Source of the DNA: an uncultured virus (IMG/VR IMGVR_UViG_3300045999_004337)
Lineage: Duplodnaviria > Heunggongvirae > Uroviricota > Caudoviricetes
Reading direction: 5' to 3' (one strand)
DNA: 63,371 nucleotides
IMG/VR virus record: IMGVR_UViG_3300045999_004337
This document shows, in pieces, positions 30,255-39,555 of the stretch. The first letter of the stretch is position 1, and the number at the start of each line of letters is the position of its first letter. Made by a program: the position numbers and the translations under genes. Below the pieces are notes generated by a model, which worked only from the letters and a program-made list of their open reading frames with translations, was not told the origin of the DNA and ran no database searches.

Positions 30255-31148
30255 TCAGTCGTTCAGACTGGGAATGTAGTCCAAGAGGTTCACGGGAGCA
30301 TTTTCCACCTTCACGCCGCTTTCGTTTGCTATGTCCTTGAGTGCCTTGCTGGCATCCTCGGTGGTTATGAGGTTCGTGACCAACTGCGCACCGAAGCACG
30401 GGTCGGAAAGAACGGAGGAGATGATGGTGTTGCCAAGGGCATACCTCTCCACGAATGCGAGAGCGGCATTGTAGGCATTGATGTCGCCGTTTATGAGGCT
30501 CTGCATGGTGCTTTCCAACTGAACTAGGTTGTCCGTAAGTTGGCGGATCTTGCCGACATCCTCAGCGAGGTCAGTGAGACCGCCAGCCGCAAGTTGAGCC
30601 TCGATGTTGGAGAGAACGCTGGAGATCTGGCTCATGTTCTGCCCGAAGTTCTCGAAGAATGGTCCCGTGATCTGCGGGTTTAGCGAGGAGAAGGCATTGG
30701 AGAAGTTGTCCTCGAGTTTCTGTCCAGGATCCTTCAGCAAGTCCTTGATGGAGTTGTAGGTGGACATGACACCTATGATTTGATCCAGCCTCGGGAGGAC
30801 GCTGTTGGGGTCGCCAAGATCGACTCCGCTGAGTCTGTTGGTGTGCGCGATGAATGCCTGTAGTTCGGTGTTCGTTCGTCCCAGCACATCGGACAGGTCT
30901 CCCGCAGCGTCGGCAAGACCGCCGAAACCGCTGGACAGAGCCTGTATGCTTTCAAGTTGACCCAAGGACTTCCCGATGTCCCCCTGAAGGAGTTCCGCCA
31001 CCTGCTGCACGGGATTGCGGAGAAGGTTCCCGTCCATGAACTCCTGTAGGAACTTCTTCGGTCCTGGCGGGATGAGTTGGGATATCAGGCTGCAATTCGA
31101 TGCGTCGAAGATGCTGGGATATCCTGGCTGGTTCTGCGCCCATGTCAT
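30255..31148 (-). CDS. Hypothetical helical protein
   Basis: Likely start MTWAQ at ATG 31148 overlapping the PAAR stop (ATGA). Confidence 0.75.
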   Translation of the reverse strand: MTWAQNQPGYPSIFDASNCSLISQLIPPGPKKFLQEFMDGNLLRNPVQQVAELLQGDIGKSLGQLESIQALSSGFGGLADAAGDLSDVLGRTNTELQAFIAHTNRLSGVDLGDPNSVLPRLDQIIGVMSTYNSIKDLLKDPGQKLEDNFSNAFSSLNPQITGPFFENFGQNMSQISSVLSNIEAQLAAGGLTDLAEDVGKIRQLTDNLVQLESTMQSLINGDINAYNAALAFVERYALGNTIISSVLSDPCFGAQLVTNLITTEDASKALKDIANESGVKVENAPVNLLDYIPSLND

Positions 31149-31408
31149 AGTCCTACCTCCACATTGCTGTTGCATGTCATCGCGTGTCCGCAAGAAGCGT
31201 GGTTCCCGTAGACGCACACCCCTATGTCGCCAGCCGTAACCGACTGCGATCCCGTGACCATTACGGGACCAGAATGCTCGTCCCTGCCGTGTCCTGCCAC
31301 ATTGCTTCCGATTATCACCACGGGAAGGTCGTTGACGGTCACAGACTGCGATCCAGTCACAACCCTTCCTCCCGCGATTGCGTTTCCCACTCCTCCTAGG
31401 GACGGCAT
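31145..31408 (-). CDS. PAAR spike-tip protein (gp5.4-like)
   Basis: Two TGSQSVT repeats, His residues and ASCGH; near gp5. Confidence 0.9.
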   Translation of the reverse strand: MPSLGGVGNAIAGGRVVTGSQSVTVNDLPVVIIGSNVAGHGRDEHSGPVMVTGSQSVTAGDIGVCVYGNHASCGHAMTCNSNVEVGL

Positions 31409-31605
31409 CAGAATCTTCCTCCGTCCACTATGTCTATGTCGAATCCTGCCATCAGTTCAAACCCCGATCCTTCCACGAAAGGCGGAATGCCCTTCGTCTC
31501 GTCCACGCAGAGGTATGTGAACCCGTTGTCGGGGAAGTAGACCGCATCTCCAGGCTGATATGCCGTGTTCAGGTCGAAGGTTCCTTTCCAGTGTATTGAA
31601 GCCAT
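31408..31605 (-). CDS. Small protein with carbohydrate-binding-module-like motif
   Basis: WKGTFD..TAYQPGDAVY...TYLC pattern; C-terminal DGGRF. Confidence 0.65.
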   Translation of the reverse strand: MASIHWKGTFDLNTAYQPGDAVYFPDNGFTYLCVDETKGIPPFVEGSGFELMAGFDIDIVDGGRF

Positions 31606-31614
31606 GGGTGATTC

Positions 31615-32757
31615 TCAGAACGGGGATGGGTATTTGCCTGGAACGAACTTGGGGTCGCTCTGAGACGATCCTTGGCGGGAAAGGGAGTTTAGTTTGACCA
31701 TCCTGCCCTCTCCCTCCAGGAACACATCGCTTCCGCCATGCGTCTTGATAGCCGTGCTGTCAGCCGAGTTGGTCACTATCTTTCCCTCTTCCGTTTCGAT
31801 GACGCAGTTCCCCACGACCTTCGTGTACTTGTTTCCGCGTATCGTCTCCCTGTAGTCTCCCTGAACATCCATCTCGACATTCCCACACACGACTCCCCGT
31901 AGATCCTTCCTGGCAAGGAGGTTGACATTGCCCTCAACCTGTAGGTTCAGGTCGCCGCCGTCCTTTCCGTTCCCCACCAGAAGCCTTCCGTCCCCGTCTA
32001 TGGTGATGGTTGCCGATCCCTTGATGTGGATGAAGTCGCTTCCCGCTATGAGTTCATAGTTGTTCCCCACGACCTTGTGGACGCGGGTTCCGTTGGGGTC
32101 GTTCTTCCACCCGTTGGCAACCTCCTCGAAACTTCCCGATGGGTGGTATGTGTGATGGCGTTCCTTCTCTTGGGTGTCGTCCCATTCCTCGACCATTCCC
32201 GACTTGGTCGCAAAGACCTTGTTGTTGGGATACTTGGCTGCATATGGCGAAGTCGGTTCCGACCACTTAGCCTTCTCCTCGACATCCCATGCCACCATGA
32301 CATCCTCGACAAGGCTATCCTCCTTGTCCTTCAGGATGGTCTTGTCCTTCTCGTCTCCCGTGGCAAGTCGGTTCGTGTCGGGAACATCCTTCTCGGTGGG
32401 ATAGGTTCCAGTGGGATCGTTGAACCCGCTCCTGGGATCAGGCAGTTCCGATGGAATGCCTCCGACCGTGAACATGACCACAGGATGCTGCGCGTTCAGC
32501 CCGTCCCTGAAGAATCCGAAGACATGGGATCCTGGCAGCATGCCTGTCGGAGATCTTCCGATTCCGCTGATCGACGCGCTTCCGCATTCCTGTAGGACAT
32601 GCGCCCACGGAAGGCTCTTGGTGGGTATCTTCGACTTGTCGTCCGTGTGATAGCCGAAGGCGCGGACTCTGACCCGTCCTATCTTGAGTGGATCGTCTAT
32701 GTCTTCCACGACACCGAACCACCAGACGAATCTGTCCCTACCCATGAAGTCAGGCAT
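31615..32757 (-). CDS. gp5: Baseplate hub/central spike
   Basis: WWFGVVEDIDDPLKIGRVRVR OB fold, LPWA, YPNNKV..TKSG..EWDDT, VxGN beta-helix repeats; no lysozyme domain. Confidence 0.93.
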   Translation of the reverse strand: MPDFMGRDRFVWWFGVVEDIDDPLKIGRVRVRAFGYHTDDKSKIPTKSLPWAHVLQECGSASISGIGRSPTGMLPGSHVFGFFRDGLNAQHPVVMFTVGGIPSELPDPRSGFNDPTGTYPTEKDVPDTNRLATGDEKDKTILKDKEDSLVEDVMVAWDVEEKAKWSEPTSPYAAKYPNNKVFATKSGMVEEWDDTQEKERHHTYHPSGSFEEVANGWKNDPNGTRVHKVVGNNYELIAGSDFIHIKGSATITIDGDGRLLVGNGKDGGDLNLQVEGNVNLLARKDLRGVVCGNVEMDVQGDYRETIRGNKYTKVVGNCVIETEEGKIVTNSADSTAIKTHGGSDVFLEGEGRMVKLNSLSRQGSSQSDPKFVPGKYPSPF

Positions 32758-32762
32758 TCATC

Positions 32763-32924
32763 TCATCGCTTTCTGTCTCGGACTCGGTAGTTCTGGTCGG
32801 GGAAGTTCTCTCTTGCCCAAGACTCCCATTCCCGCAACTCCTCGTTGCTCATGGAGAGTTTGCGGACCTTGCTTTCGGTCTCGTCGGGCGTGATCACATG
32901 GACATCGGTTCGTTCATTCTGCAT
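32763..32924 (-). CDS. 53-aa hypothetical protein
   Basis: Manual: MQNERTDVHVITPDETESKVRKLSMSNEELREWESWARENFPDQNYRVRDRKR*; GGAG SD; fills the gap. Confidence 0.55.
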   Translation of the reverse strand: MQNERTDVHVITPDETESKVRKLSMSNEELREWESWARENFPDQNYRVRDRKR

Positions 32925-32935
32925 GGGTTCTCCGT

Positions 32936-34249
32936 TCACCTTATCTGTGTCTTCTCTATCCTGTCGGGCATACGCTTGATCAAGGACTCCTTGGACATCT
33001 CCACGGTGGTCTTGTACCCGCTCTTCCTATTTAGGACATGCTTCAGGGTCACGACGATGTACTTGCCCGTGATGAAATGATCCAGATAGTCCGTCTCCAT
33101 GTCCCCCATGTATCCGATCTTGGGAACCTGTAGACCGACCGTGTCCAGCAACCTCAGCGATGAGTTTCCAGGAACAAGCATAGTCACGCGCATCGTGGTG
33201 AACTGCTTCTGTAGGCTTCTGTTGGTCAGCGCGTATTCGCCATAGTTGTCGTTGTCCTGTATCCCGTCCATCTTCTTAGTCTGCGATGGGAGGTATATCC
33301 TGTTGGCAGACTTTCCCTTCTCAAGGTAGAGATCGAAGAACTTGTTGGTTGGTATCATTGGATATCTGTTCAGCGACTTCCATCCGGGATTGTTGGTGTA
33401 GTCAATGTAGTCGAAGTCCTGCTGCGTGTACTGCTTGGTCGTTATGTCGTGGGTGTTCAGCACTCCCGAGTACATTCCCCCCTGAAACTCGTCCAGTTTG
33501 TCGAAGTACGAGGTTATGGAGTAGTCTAGAACCCTGGTGAGGTATAGTTCGACATCGGCAAGGTTTCCTGGATTTCTAGGCTCCACGCGAAAGACATACT
33601 TCTCCTTCTTCTGAGTCTCATGCAGGATGTCCTTGAAGTGGAATCCGTCCACATCCTCGTAGAACCTGTAGAAGGATGTGTGCTCGTCGTTGAAGGCTCT
33701 CTCCGCAAGCCATGATATGGTGAACAGGGGTGTCCATCGGGGTATCACGAAACTGCGCTTCTTGCTTGTCCGAACATTGACATCTAGGGTCTTGTCGAAT
33801 GTATCCCGCAGTATAGCGGTAGCCATGTCCGTAATGCTTCCGGAGATGGATGACTCCGTGACAAGGAACCTGTTGAGGAAGTTAGTCTCGGTCACGAACT
33901 GAACGACATAGACTTCGGTCTTCTCTCCATCGGCTCTTGCCTTTCCCATGGGAGCGGTGATGAATCCCTTTATGGTCACAGGCTCGAACTGAGTGCCCGG
34001 AGTCCTGTATGTTACCTCCACCCTCTCGTTTCCGACTATCGGAAGCGTCTCGGACAGGTTCAAGGTGTCGCGGAGAAGTATCTCCCCGTAGAGTTTGTCG
34101 TCAAAGATGGATTCGGATATGACCAGTTCGATGAACACATCCATCGATGCTATCTCTATTCCGTCGCCTCCTGAGTTGCTGAATATCAGCAGACGGTCGA
34201 TCTGAAACCCGCTCTCGCTGTATGTCGAGGGAGACGATGCCTCAGCCAT
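32936..34249 (-). CDS. Baseplate hub protein (gp27-like)
   Basis: ISESIF, LPIVGNE, FYEDVDGFHF, VPGNSSL, ITGKYIVVTLKH; between gp53 and gp5. Confidence 0.75.
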   Translation of the reverse strand: MAEASSPSTYSESGFQIDRLLIFSNSGGDGIEIASMDVFIELVISESIFDDKLYGEILLRDTLNLSETLPIVGNERVEVTYRTPGTQFEPVTIKGFITAPMGKARADGEKTEVYVVQFVTETNFLNRFLVTESSISGSITDMATAILRDTFDKTLDVNVRTSKKRSFVIPRWTPLFTISWLAERAFNDEHTSFYRFYEDVDGFHFKDILHETQKKEKYVFRVEPRNPGNLADVELYLTRVLDYSITSYFDKLDEFQGGMYSGVLNTHDITTKQYTQQDFDYIDYTNNPGWKSLNRYPMIPTNKFFDLYLEKGKSANRIYLPSQTKKMDGIQDNDNYGEYALTNRSLQKQFTTMRVTMLVPGNSSLRLLDTVGLQVPKIGYMGDMETDYLDHFITGKYIVVTLKHVLNRKSGYKTTVEMSKESLIKRMPDRIEKTQIR

Positions 34250-35111
34250 TGCTCAACGACTCCTCGACCTGCTTGGCGACCTTCTCGACATACTGGCGGG
34301 GAAGAGCCACCACGCCCCGCCTGTCGTCGTTCTCGGCTACCTCGTTCTCTAGGTTCGTCACCACGAAGTCTGTGAAGTCCTCGTTGATGTATCTTCCAAG
34401 CAGGGTCTGTCCGAATGTGAATCCCGATAGGTCGGTCGGTTCCACGAAAGACTCCTGCAACGACAAGGGGAGAAGGGGATTTAGCATCGACCCATCCCGC
34501 TCGAAGTGGTGCATCGCGAAAGGACTCTGAATGGACTTTCCGACCCTCGCGACATAGTAGGTCTCGTTGCCTAGCACATCGGTGTTCTTTCCAGCGATGT
34601 ACGAGTTCTCTGCTGGTATCCACAGGGTCTTCTCCGCGAACTCAAGCACCAGCCTCCCCGTGACGGGATCGAAGGAATGCACCCTGGCTCCGAAGTTGGC
34701 ATTCTGATAGGATGGCTGCAAGCCTGGATTCGTCTGCGTGGTCGCATAGACGATGTCGTTCTTCCTGAAGGAACCCTCGAAAGGCTTGTCGCCCGCCACA
34801 TTGGTCAGGAACAGAGTGTAGCCAGGATGCTTCTCATCGACATAGTTGTCGAACGAGGACGGAGCCAGAACCCAATCGTAGTAGGGATTGACCGCCTCGT
34901 TCATCTGTAGGAGCAGCCAGTGGTATCTGGAGTCCCCGTACAACTTGTCCGAGAAGATGTCGGGTCTGTCCTTGTCTCCCGCTAGGATGTCCACAGGAAA
35001 CTGACCTTCCTTCATGAGGGCATCAGCCACCCTGAGATTGACGGTGATGTCCGTCATGTAGCCAAAGCCAAGCGGAGAGATGTATCTGGTGATCGGTATT
35101 CTGTCGTACAT
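34242..35111 (-). CDS. gp53: Baseplate wedge subunit
   Basis: DRPDIFSDKLYGDSRYHWLLL, NPYYDW, C-terminal ENDDRR. Confidence 0.88.
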   Translation of the reverse strand: MYDRIPITRYISPLGFGYMTDITVNLRVADALMKEGQFPVDILAGDKDRPDIFSDKLYGDSRYHWLLLQMNEAVNPYYDWVLAPSSFDNYVDEKHPGYTLFLTNVAGDKPFEGSFRKNDIVYATTQTNPGLQPSYQNANFGARVHSFDPVTGRLVLEFAEKTLWIPAENSYIAGKNTDVLGNETYYVARVGKSIQSPFAMHHFERDGSMLNPLLPLSLQESFVEPTDLSGFTFGQTLLGRYINEDFTDFVVTNLENEVAENDDRRGVVALPRQYVEKVAKQVEESLSNG

Positions 35112-35114
35112 GTG

Positions 35115-36593
35115 TCAGTATCCGTGGACTATATGCTCGTTGTTCAACTGCTCCATCTCCTGGAACTCAAGGGTCATGGTGATGAACGCTGGCTTGGAGT
35201 CGTGGAATGTCTTGAAGTCTCCCGCAGCGGAGTAGTCAACATTGACACCAGCCAGCGCAAGCCGTGGAAGTTTCGGAAGATGGTCGTTCACCACAGCCGC
35301 TCCTGCATCGGTTATGGTGAAGAAGGTAGCCTCGAACTCTGCGGGGAACTTGAAGAAGTGACCGCCGCCGCCACGGAGGGCAGGGTATGCATGGTATCGG
35401 AACATCCGTATGATGTCGAGAACGGTCTGCGCCTCGCGTGGGTTCTTCGGGGCAAACTCGAATGTGAAGGAGTGGTTTCTGATGCCGACATCCTTGAACA
35501 TCATTTCCCTTCTTGGATTGGTGACGCTTCTCGTCGAGGCATTCCTAGCAGCCTGAATGTTGGCAGCCTCTATTCCAAGCATTCCCGTTGCCTGATTTAT
35601 GAGATTGGCGATTGCCTGTGTTCCTGCCTTCTCGACCACCGACGAGACACCTCCTCGCTGTAGCGTCACCGCGCTGATGAGGCTCCTCATCATCCCCATG
35701 TCCTCATCGGAGTATATCAACTGGTCGTTGGCTGTGATCTTGAGCGGCATATAGAGGCATATCGTGTCCTTGGACTTGACATTGGCATAGCCGAACCTCC
35801 GGTTGGCAAGAAGGATGTTCTGCTCCCACTTCGGGCGGTTCACCTTCCGACCGCTGATTCCCCTGCGCTCGTAGTCTATCTTGTTGAGTTCTCCGCTTTT
35901 GTCCACAAGCACATCCCCACCAATAGACTTGGCATAGTTGATGAGGTCCGTCACGGGAAGGAATGTCTCTCCGACCTCCAATCCTAACTCACCGGCTATG
36001 GACGCTATTCCTCCAGTCCCGCTCAAGATGTTCCCAAGACCACCGAGAGCAGACTTCTCCAACTGAAGTATCTGCTCGTTGGCTGTAACGCCGCTTCGAC
36101 TCTCCGAACCGTACTCGCTCTGCTCCCTGACAAAGTCTATCTGTTCCTGAGAGAAACCCGCCTGAGTCAAGTATCCTGGGTAGTCTCCTTCCCACGAAGA
36201 CCTGGAACCATTTCCACCCGCTATCTCTCCCTTAGCCGCCAATGCGCTTGTTGACTGATTGACTATCCTGTTCTGCACCCTTGTCGAGTCCGACTCTCCC
36301 TGATAGATATTGAAGCACATGAAGTGATGGTATCTTCGGTTCTTGCCCAGATCCTGCGGATACTGAAGGAAACTGGGAATGCCCAGTATCTGATTTCGGT
36401 TGGCATCGGGTATGTTGAACTGGGAAAGGATCTGCCCGATGTTGTCGTCAGCCCCGCCCAGTTGGCTTCCAAGGTTGACATTCTGCACGTCAGCACCCCT
36501 GTTGCGGCTTCCGCCGAACGACGCTGCATAAGGGAACTCGTCCATGGACAAGTCCGTCTCCCTCTCGTAGTACTTTCCGTTCTCAGAGTTCAT
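35115..36593 (-). CDS. gp48: Baseplate tail tube cap
   Basis: ICLYMP, NPRREMMFKDVGIRNHSFTFEFAPKN, FKFPAEF, MTLEFQE. Confidence 0.88.
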   Translation of the reverse strand: MNSENGKYYERETDLSMDEFPYAASFGGSRNRGADVQNVNLGSQLGGADDNIGQILSQFNIPDANRNQILGIPSFLQYPQDLGKNRRYHHFMCFNIYQGESDSTRVQNRIVNQSTSALAAKGEIAGGNGSRSSWEGDYPGYLTQAGFSQEQIDFVREQSEYGSESRSGVTANEQILQLEKSALGGLGNILSGTGGIASIAGELGLEVGETFLPVTDLINYAKSIGGDVLVDKSGELNKIDYERRGISGRKVNRPKWEQNILLANRRFGYANVKSKDTICLYMPLKITANDQLIYSDEDMGMMRSLISAVTLQRGGVSSVVEKAGTQAIANLINQATGMLGIEAANIQAARNASTRSVTNPRREMMFKDVGIRNHSFTFEFAPKNPREAQTVLDIIRMFRYHAYPALRGGGGHFFKFPAEFEATFFTITDAGAAVVNDHLPKLPRLALAGVNVDYSAAGDFKTFHDSKPAFITMTLEFQEMEQLNNEHIVHGY

Positions 36594-36595
36594 CT

Positions 36596-37051
36596 ATGTC
36601 CACCCAAAAGAAGTTTCTGCAAGGATCTTTCATCCCGAAGAACCCCAAGAAGTACAAGGGGGATCCCACGGAGATTATCTATCGCAGTTCTTGGGAAAGA
36701 AGATTCATGAACTACTGCGACAACAAGACATCCATCGTGGAGTGGTCGAGCGAACGCACGATAGTCCCGTATCTCTACGAGGCTGACGGCAGGACTCACC
36801 GATACTTCGTTGACTTCCGCATAGTCGTGGAGGACAAGGAAGGCAAGAGGCAGACCTACCTAGTCGAGATAAAGCCCCACAAGAAGACGATGCCCCCGAA
36901 GAAGCCCAAGCGGCAGACCAAGAGTTACATATACGAGACGCTGGAGTTCGTCAAGAACCAGAACAAGTGGGATGCTGCCAGAAAGTACGCGGAGCAGAGG
37001 GGATGGAAGTTCCTCATACTCACAGAGAACGAACTCAAGATAGGAAAGTGA
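36596..37051 (+). CDS. gp4: Head completion nuclease
   Basis: PKNPKKYKGDP..IIYRSSWE, HRYFVDF, LVEIKP, NQNKWDAA. Confidence 0.95.
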   Translation: MSTQKKFLQGSFIPKNPKKYKGDPTEIIYRSSWERRFMNYCDNKTSIVEWSSERTIVPYLYEADGRTHRYFVDFRIVVEDKEGKRQTYLVEIKPHKKTMPPKKPKRQTKSYIYETLEFVKNQNKWDAARKYAEQRGWKFLILTENELKIGK

Positions 37052-37054
37052 CCC

Positions 37055-37735
37055 ATGGACCTGAAATCGCTGCGCAAGGTGTTCGAGGAAATGGAAGCCC
37101 TCAAGGACGAAGACCTGAAGACTCCCACGGACGACCTGGTGCAGGAGGCGGTGGATTGGTATCAGGACAATGCGACCGCTGTCTACAAGGACACCTACGG
37201 GGTCAGTCCAAAAAACGCTGGCTTCAAGCAAAGCACACTGCTGCCCCACTCGTCCATCGACTACGGAGCGATCCCCCGTGGCGGCGGAAGGCTCTATACC
37301 TTCGCCTACGAACCAGAGAAGTCCCACAAGAAGAAGACCTACTGGGACATGTTCCCTCTCGTCCTGACGATGATAGAGGACAAGCCCGCCCCAGGCACAT
37401 TCATGGGCATCAACCTGCACTACCTGGATCCCGAGCGGAGGAAACTCGCCTTCCTCACTCTCGTCGAGGAGTATGCATCGGGAGACCTATCTCAGAGAAG
37501 CACCAGGATTTCCTTTCTTGAGAACGCAAAACTCCGCGCTCCACCCGCTAGATACCTGAGACCCTGCATACGGAGATACAAGTTCGAGAACATCCGTGGA
37601 CGGGCTTTGCTCATACCACCCGAGCACTGGATGAAGATGATATTCCTGCCCACCCACCAGTTCACCGGTCGGTTCCTGGGGGCAGGAGAGGGAAGAGTGT
37701 GGAGAGACACCTGGAAGCGATACAGAAAGACCTGA
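37055..37735 (+). CDS. gp2: DNA end protector protein
   Basis: YWDMFPLV, FMGINLHYL, PCIRRY, LPTHQF, VWRD. Confidence 0.88.
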   Translation: MDLKSLRKVFEEMEALKDEDLKTPTDDLVQEAVDWYQDNATAVYKDTYGVSPKNAGFKQSTLLPHSSIDYGAIPRGGGRLYTFAYEPEKSHKKKTYWDMFPLVLTMIEDKPAPGTFMGINLHYLDPERRKLAFLTLVEEYASGDLSQRSTRISFLENAKLRAPPARYLRPCIRRYKFENIRGRALLIPPEHWMKMIFLPTHQFTGRFLGAGEGRVWRDTWKRYRKT

Positions 37736-37738
37736 CGA

Positions 37739-38647
37739 ATGGCATTCAACCCCCTCTTCTCATCATCAGCCCTGAATGCGCTGAACTCTCCCGATGCGCT
37801 GAACCGCGTCAACGGTAGCCGAAACAACACGGAGCAACAGTCGTTCGACGATGCCGTGAGGCAGTTTGAGAGCAGACTCTCGGGAATCCATGCCTCCAAC
37901 CTAGCCATGAACCTGGCGATAGACGGGTTGCTTGAGTCCAAGTCGGCGGCACACGACCCATCGACCAGCAGCGTCAAGCGGCAACTTGAGCACATCGTGG
38001 AGATGGGCTTCTATGCCAGACCCACCAGGTTCTCCTTCTTCATAGACGGGTTTCCCTCCAATGTGAACGAGCGTCTTGTGAGGAACTGCATGGCGACATC
38101 CATGCCTGGGCGGTCTCTCATGTCGCAGGGGTTCAAGATATATGGTCCACCCGTGGAGCAGGTATACGAGGCAATGTACGGCAACGAGATCGGGATGACC
38201 TTCCGCGTCGGTCAGGACATGATGGAGAGAGACCTGTTCGAGAGATGGATGAACATGTCCATATCCTACAGGACATCGGATGTCTCCTATCCGGACGACT
38301 ACATGACCACCATGAGGATATACCAGTTGAACCGCATGGACGGATATGTGTATGCGGTTCGCCTCAGGAATGTGTTCTGCAAGTCGATGTCCGACATGGA
38401 GTTCTCATCGGATGCATCCGATCAGTTGCACACGGTGAATGTCTCCTTGGGATACACCGACTATGCGGTGATTGGTCGAGTGAATCCACGGGAGCAGAGG
38501 CAGACTGCCGCAGCGGATGGTCCTGTGAGCGGAAGGCGGGCGATCTATTCAGACAGCGCAAGCAGGATAGTGTCCGACCTGACCAGCGAGGAGCAGCAAG
38601 CGATGAACAACTTGAACAACATAGTGTTTGGACGAACCAGCGGGTGA
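37739..38647 (+). CDS. gp54: Baseplate tail tube initiator (gp54/gp19 family)
   Basis: ARPTRF, MPGRSL, FERWM, YPDDY, IYQL; synteny. Confidence 0.75.
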   Translation: MAFNPLFSSSALNALNSPDALNRVNGSRNNTEQQSFDDAVRQFESRLSGIHASNLAMNLAIDGLLESKSAAHDPSTSSVKRQLEHIVEMGFYARPTRFSFFIDGFPSNVNERLVRNCMATSMPGRSLMSQGFKIYGPPVEQVYEAMYGNEIGMTFRVGQDMMERDLFERWMNMSISYRTSDVSYPDDYMTTMRIYQLNRMDGYVYAVRLRNVFCKSMSDMEFSSDASDQLHTVNVSLGYTDYAVIGRVNPREQRQTAAADGPVSGRRAIYSDSASRIVSDLTSEEQQAMNNLNNIVFGRTSG

Positions 38648-38670
38648 TACCCAGAACAGGATGAATCGAC

Positions 38671-39372
38671 ATGACATTGCCTAGAATAGCGATAGCCAAG
38701 TATCCCATAACGATCCCCTCCACGAAGAAGGAGACCTACTTCAGACCTTTCCTCGTCAAGGAGCAGAAGATACTCATGATGGCTTCGGAGAGCGGAGACG
38801 AGAAGCAGATTGCCAAGGCTATCGGGGACATAGTGGACAGATGCGTTGACGGGCTGACCAATGTGCATTCCATGCCCATGTTCGACCTGGAGTATCTCTT
38901 CCTAAACATCCGAGCCAAGTCGGCTGGCGAAGTGGTCAGCCTGAACGCTCCATGCCCCAAGTGCAGCAAGACCCATGGGGTCGAGGTCAAACTGGACGAG
39001 ATTCAGGTTGACTTCAAGGACAACAAATCCAACAAGATCATGCTCACGGACAAGATGGGGATAGTGATGAGGTATCCGTGCCTGGGCGATTCCGCCGTCA
39101 GCATGAACGGGATGAACGCTGAGGATGTGATTGAGTTCGTAGCCGCATCGATAGAGAGCGTGTTCGACGAGGAGATGGTCTACGGCAGGAAGGACTCCAC
39201 GCAGAAGGAGATGGTGGAGTTCGTGGAGTCGATGACCACTGAGCAGTTCGAGAAGGTCACGGAGTTCTACCAGAACCTCCCGCAGGTCCGCAAGGAAGTG
39301 GACTGCCGATGCCCGTCGTGCGGAAACGAATACAAGATAGACTTCAGAGGGCTACGCGATTTTTTTACCTGA
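38671..39372 (+). CDS. gp26: Baseplate hub assembly chaperone
   Basis: LPRI..Y, FRPFLVKEQKILMMA, FDLEYLFLNIRAKSAGE, two CxxC, ends GLRDFFT. Confidence 0.92.
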   Translation: MTLPRIAIAKYPITIPSTKKETYFRPFLVKEQKILMMASESGDEKQIAKAIGDIVDRCVDGLTNVHSMPMFDLEYLFLNIRAKSAGEVVSLNAPCPKCSKTHGVEVKLDEIQVDFKDNKSNKIMLTDKMGIVMRYPCLGDSAVSMNGMNAEDVIEFVAASIESVFDEEMVYGRKDSTQKEMVEFVESMTTEQFEKVTEFYQNLPQVRKEVDCRCPSCGNEYKIDFRGLRDFFT

Positions 39373-39554
39373 TGATGTGCCACGAGAACCTGGCAAACCT
39401 CTTCAAGACCAACTTCCTCCTCATGCATGAGCACAAGTATTCGCTCACGGAGTTGGAGGAGATGATTCCTTGGGAACGAGAAGTGTACCTCTCCCTGCTT
39501 GTCAAGCACATACAGGAGGAGAACGAAAGGCTGAAGCAGCAAAGGACAGGCTAG
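39372..39554 (+). CDS. gp51: Baseplate hub assembly catalyst
   Basis: NFLLMHEHKYSLTELEEMIPWEREVY. Confidence 0.9.
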   Translation: MMCHENLANLFKTNFLLMHEHKYSLTELEEMIPWEREVYLSLLVKHIQEENERLKQQRTG

Positions 39555-39555
39555 G

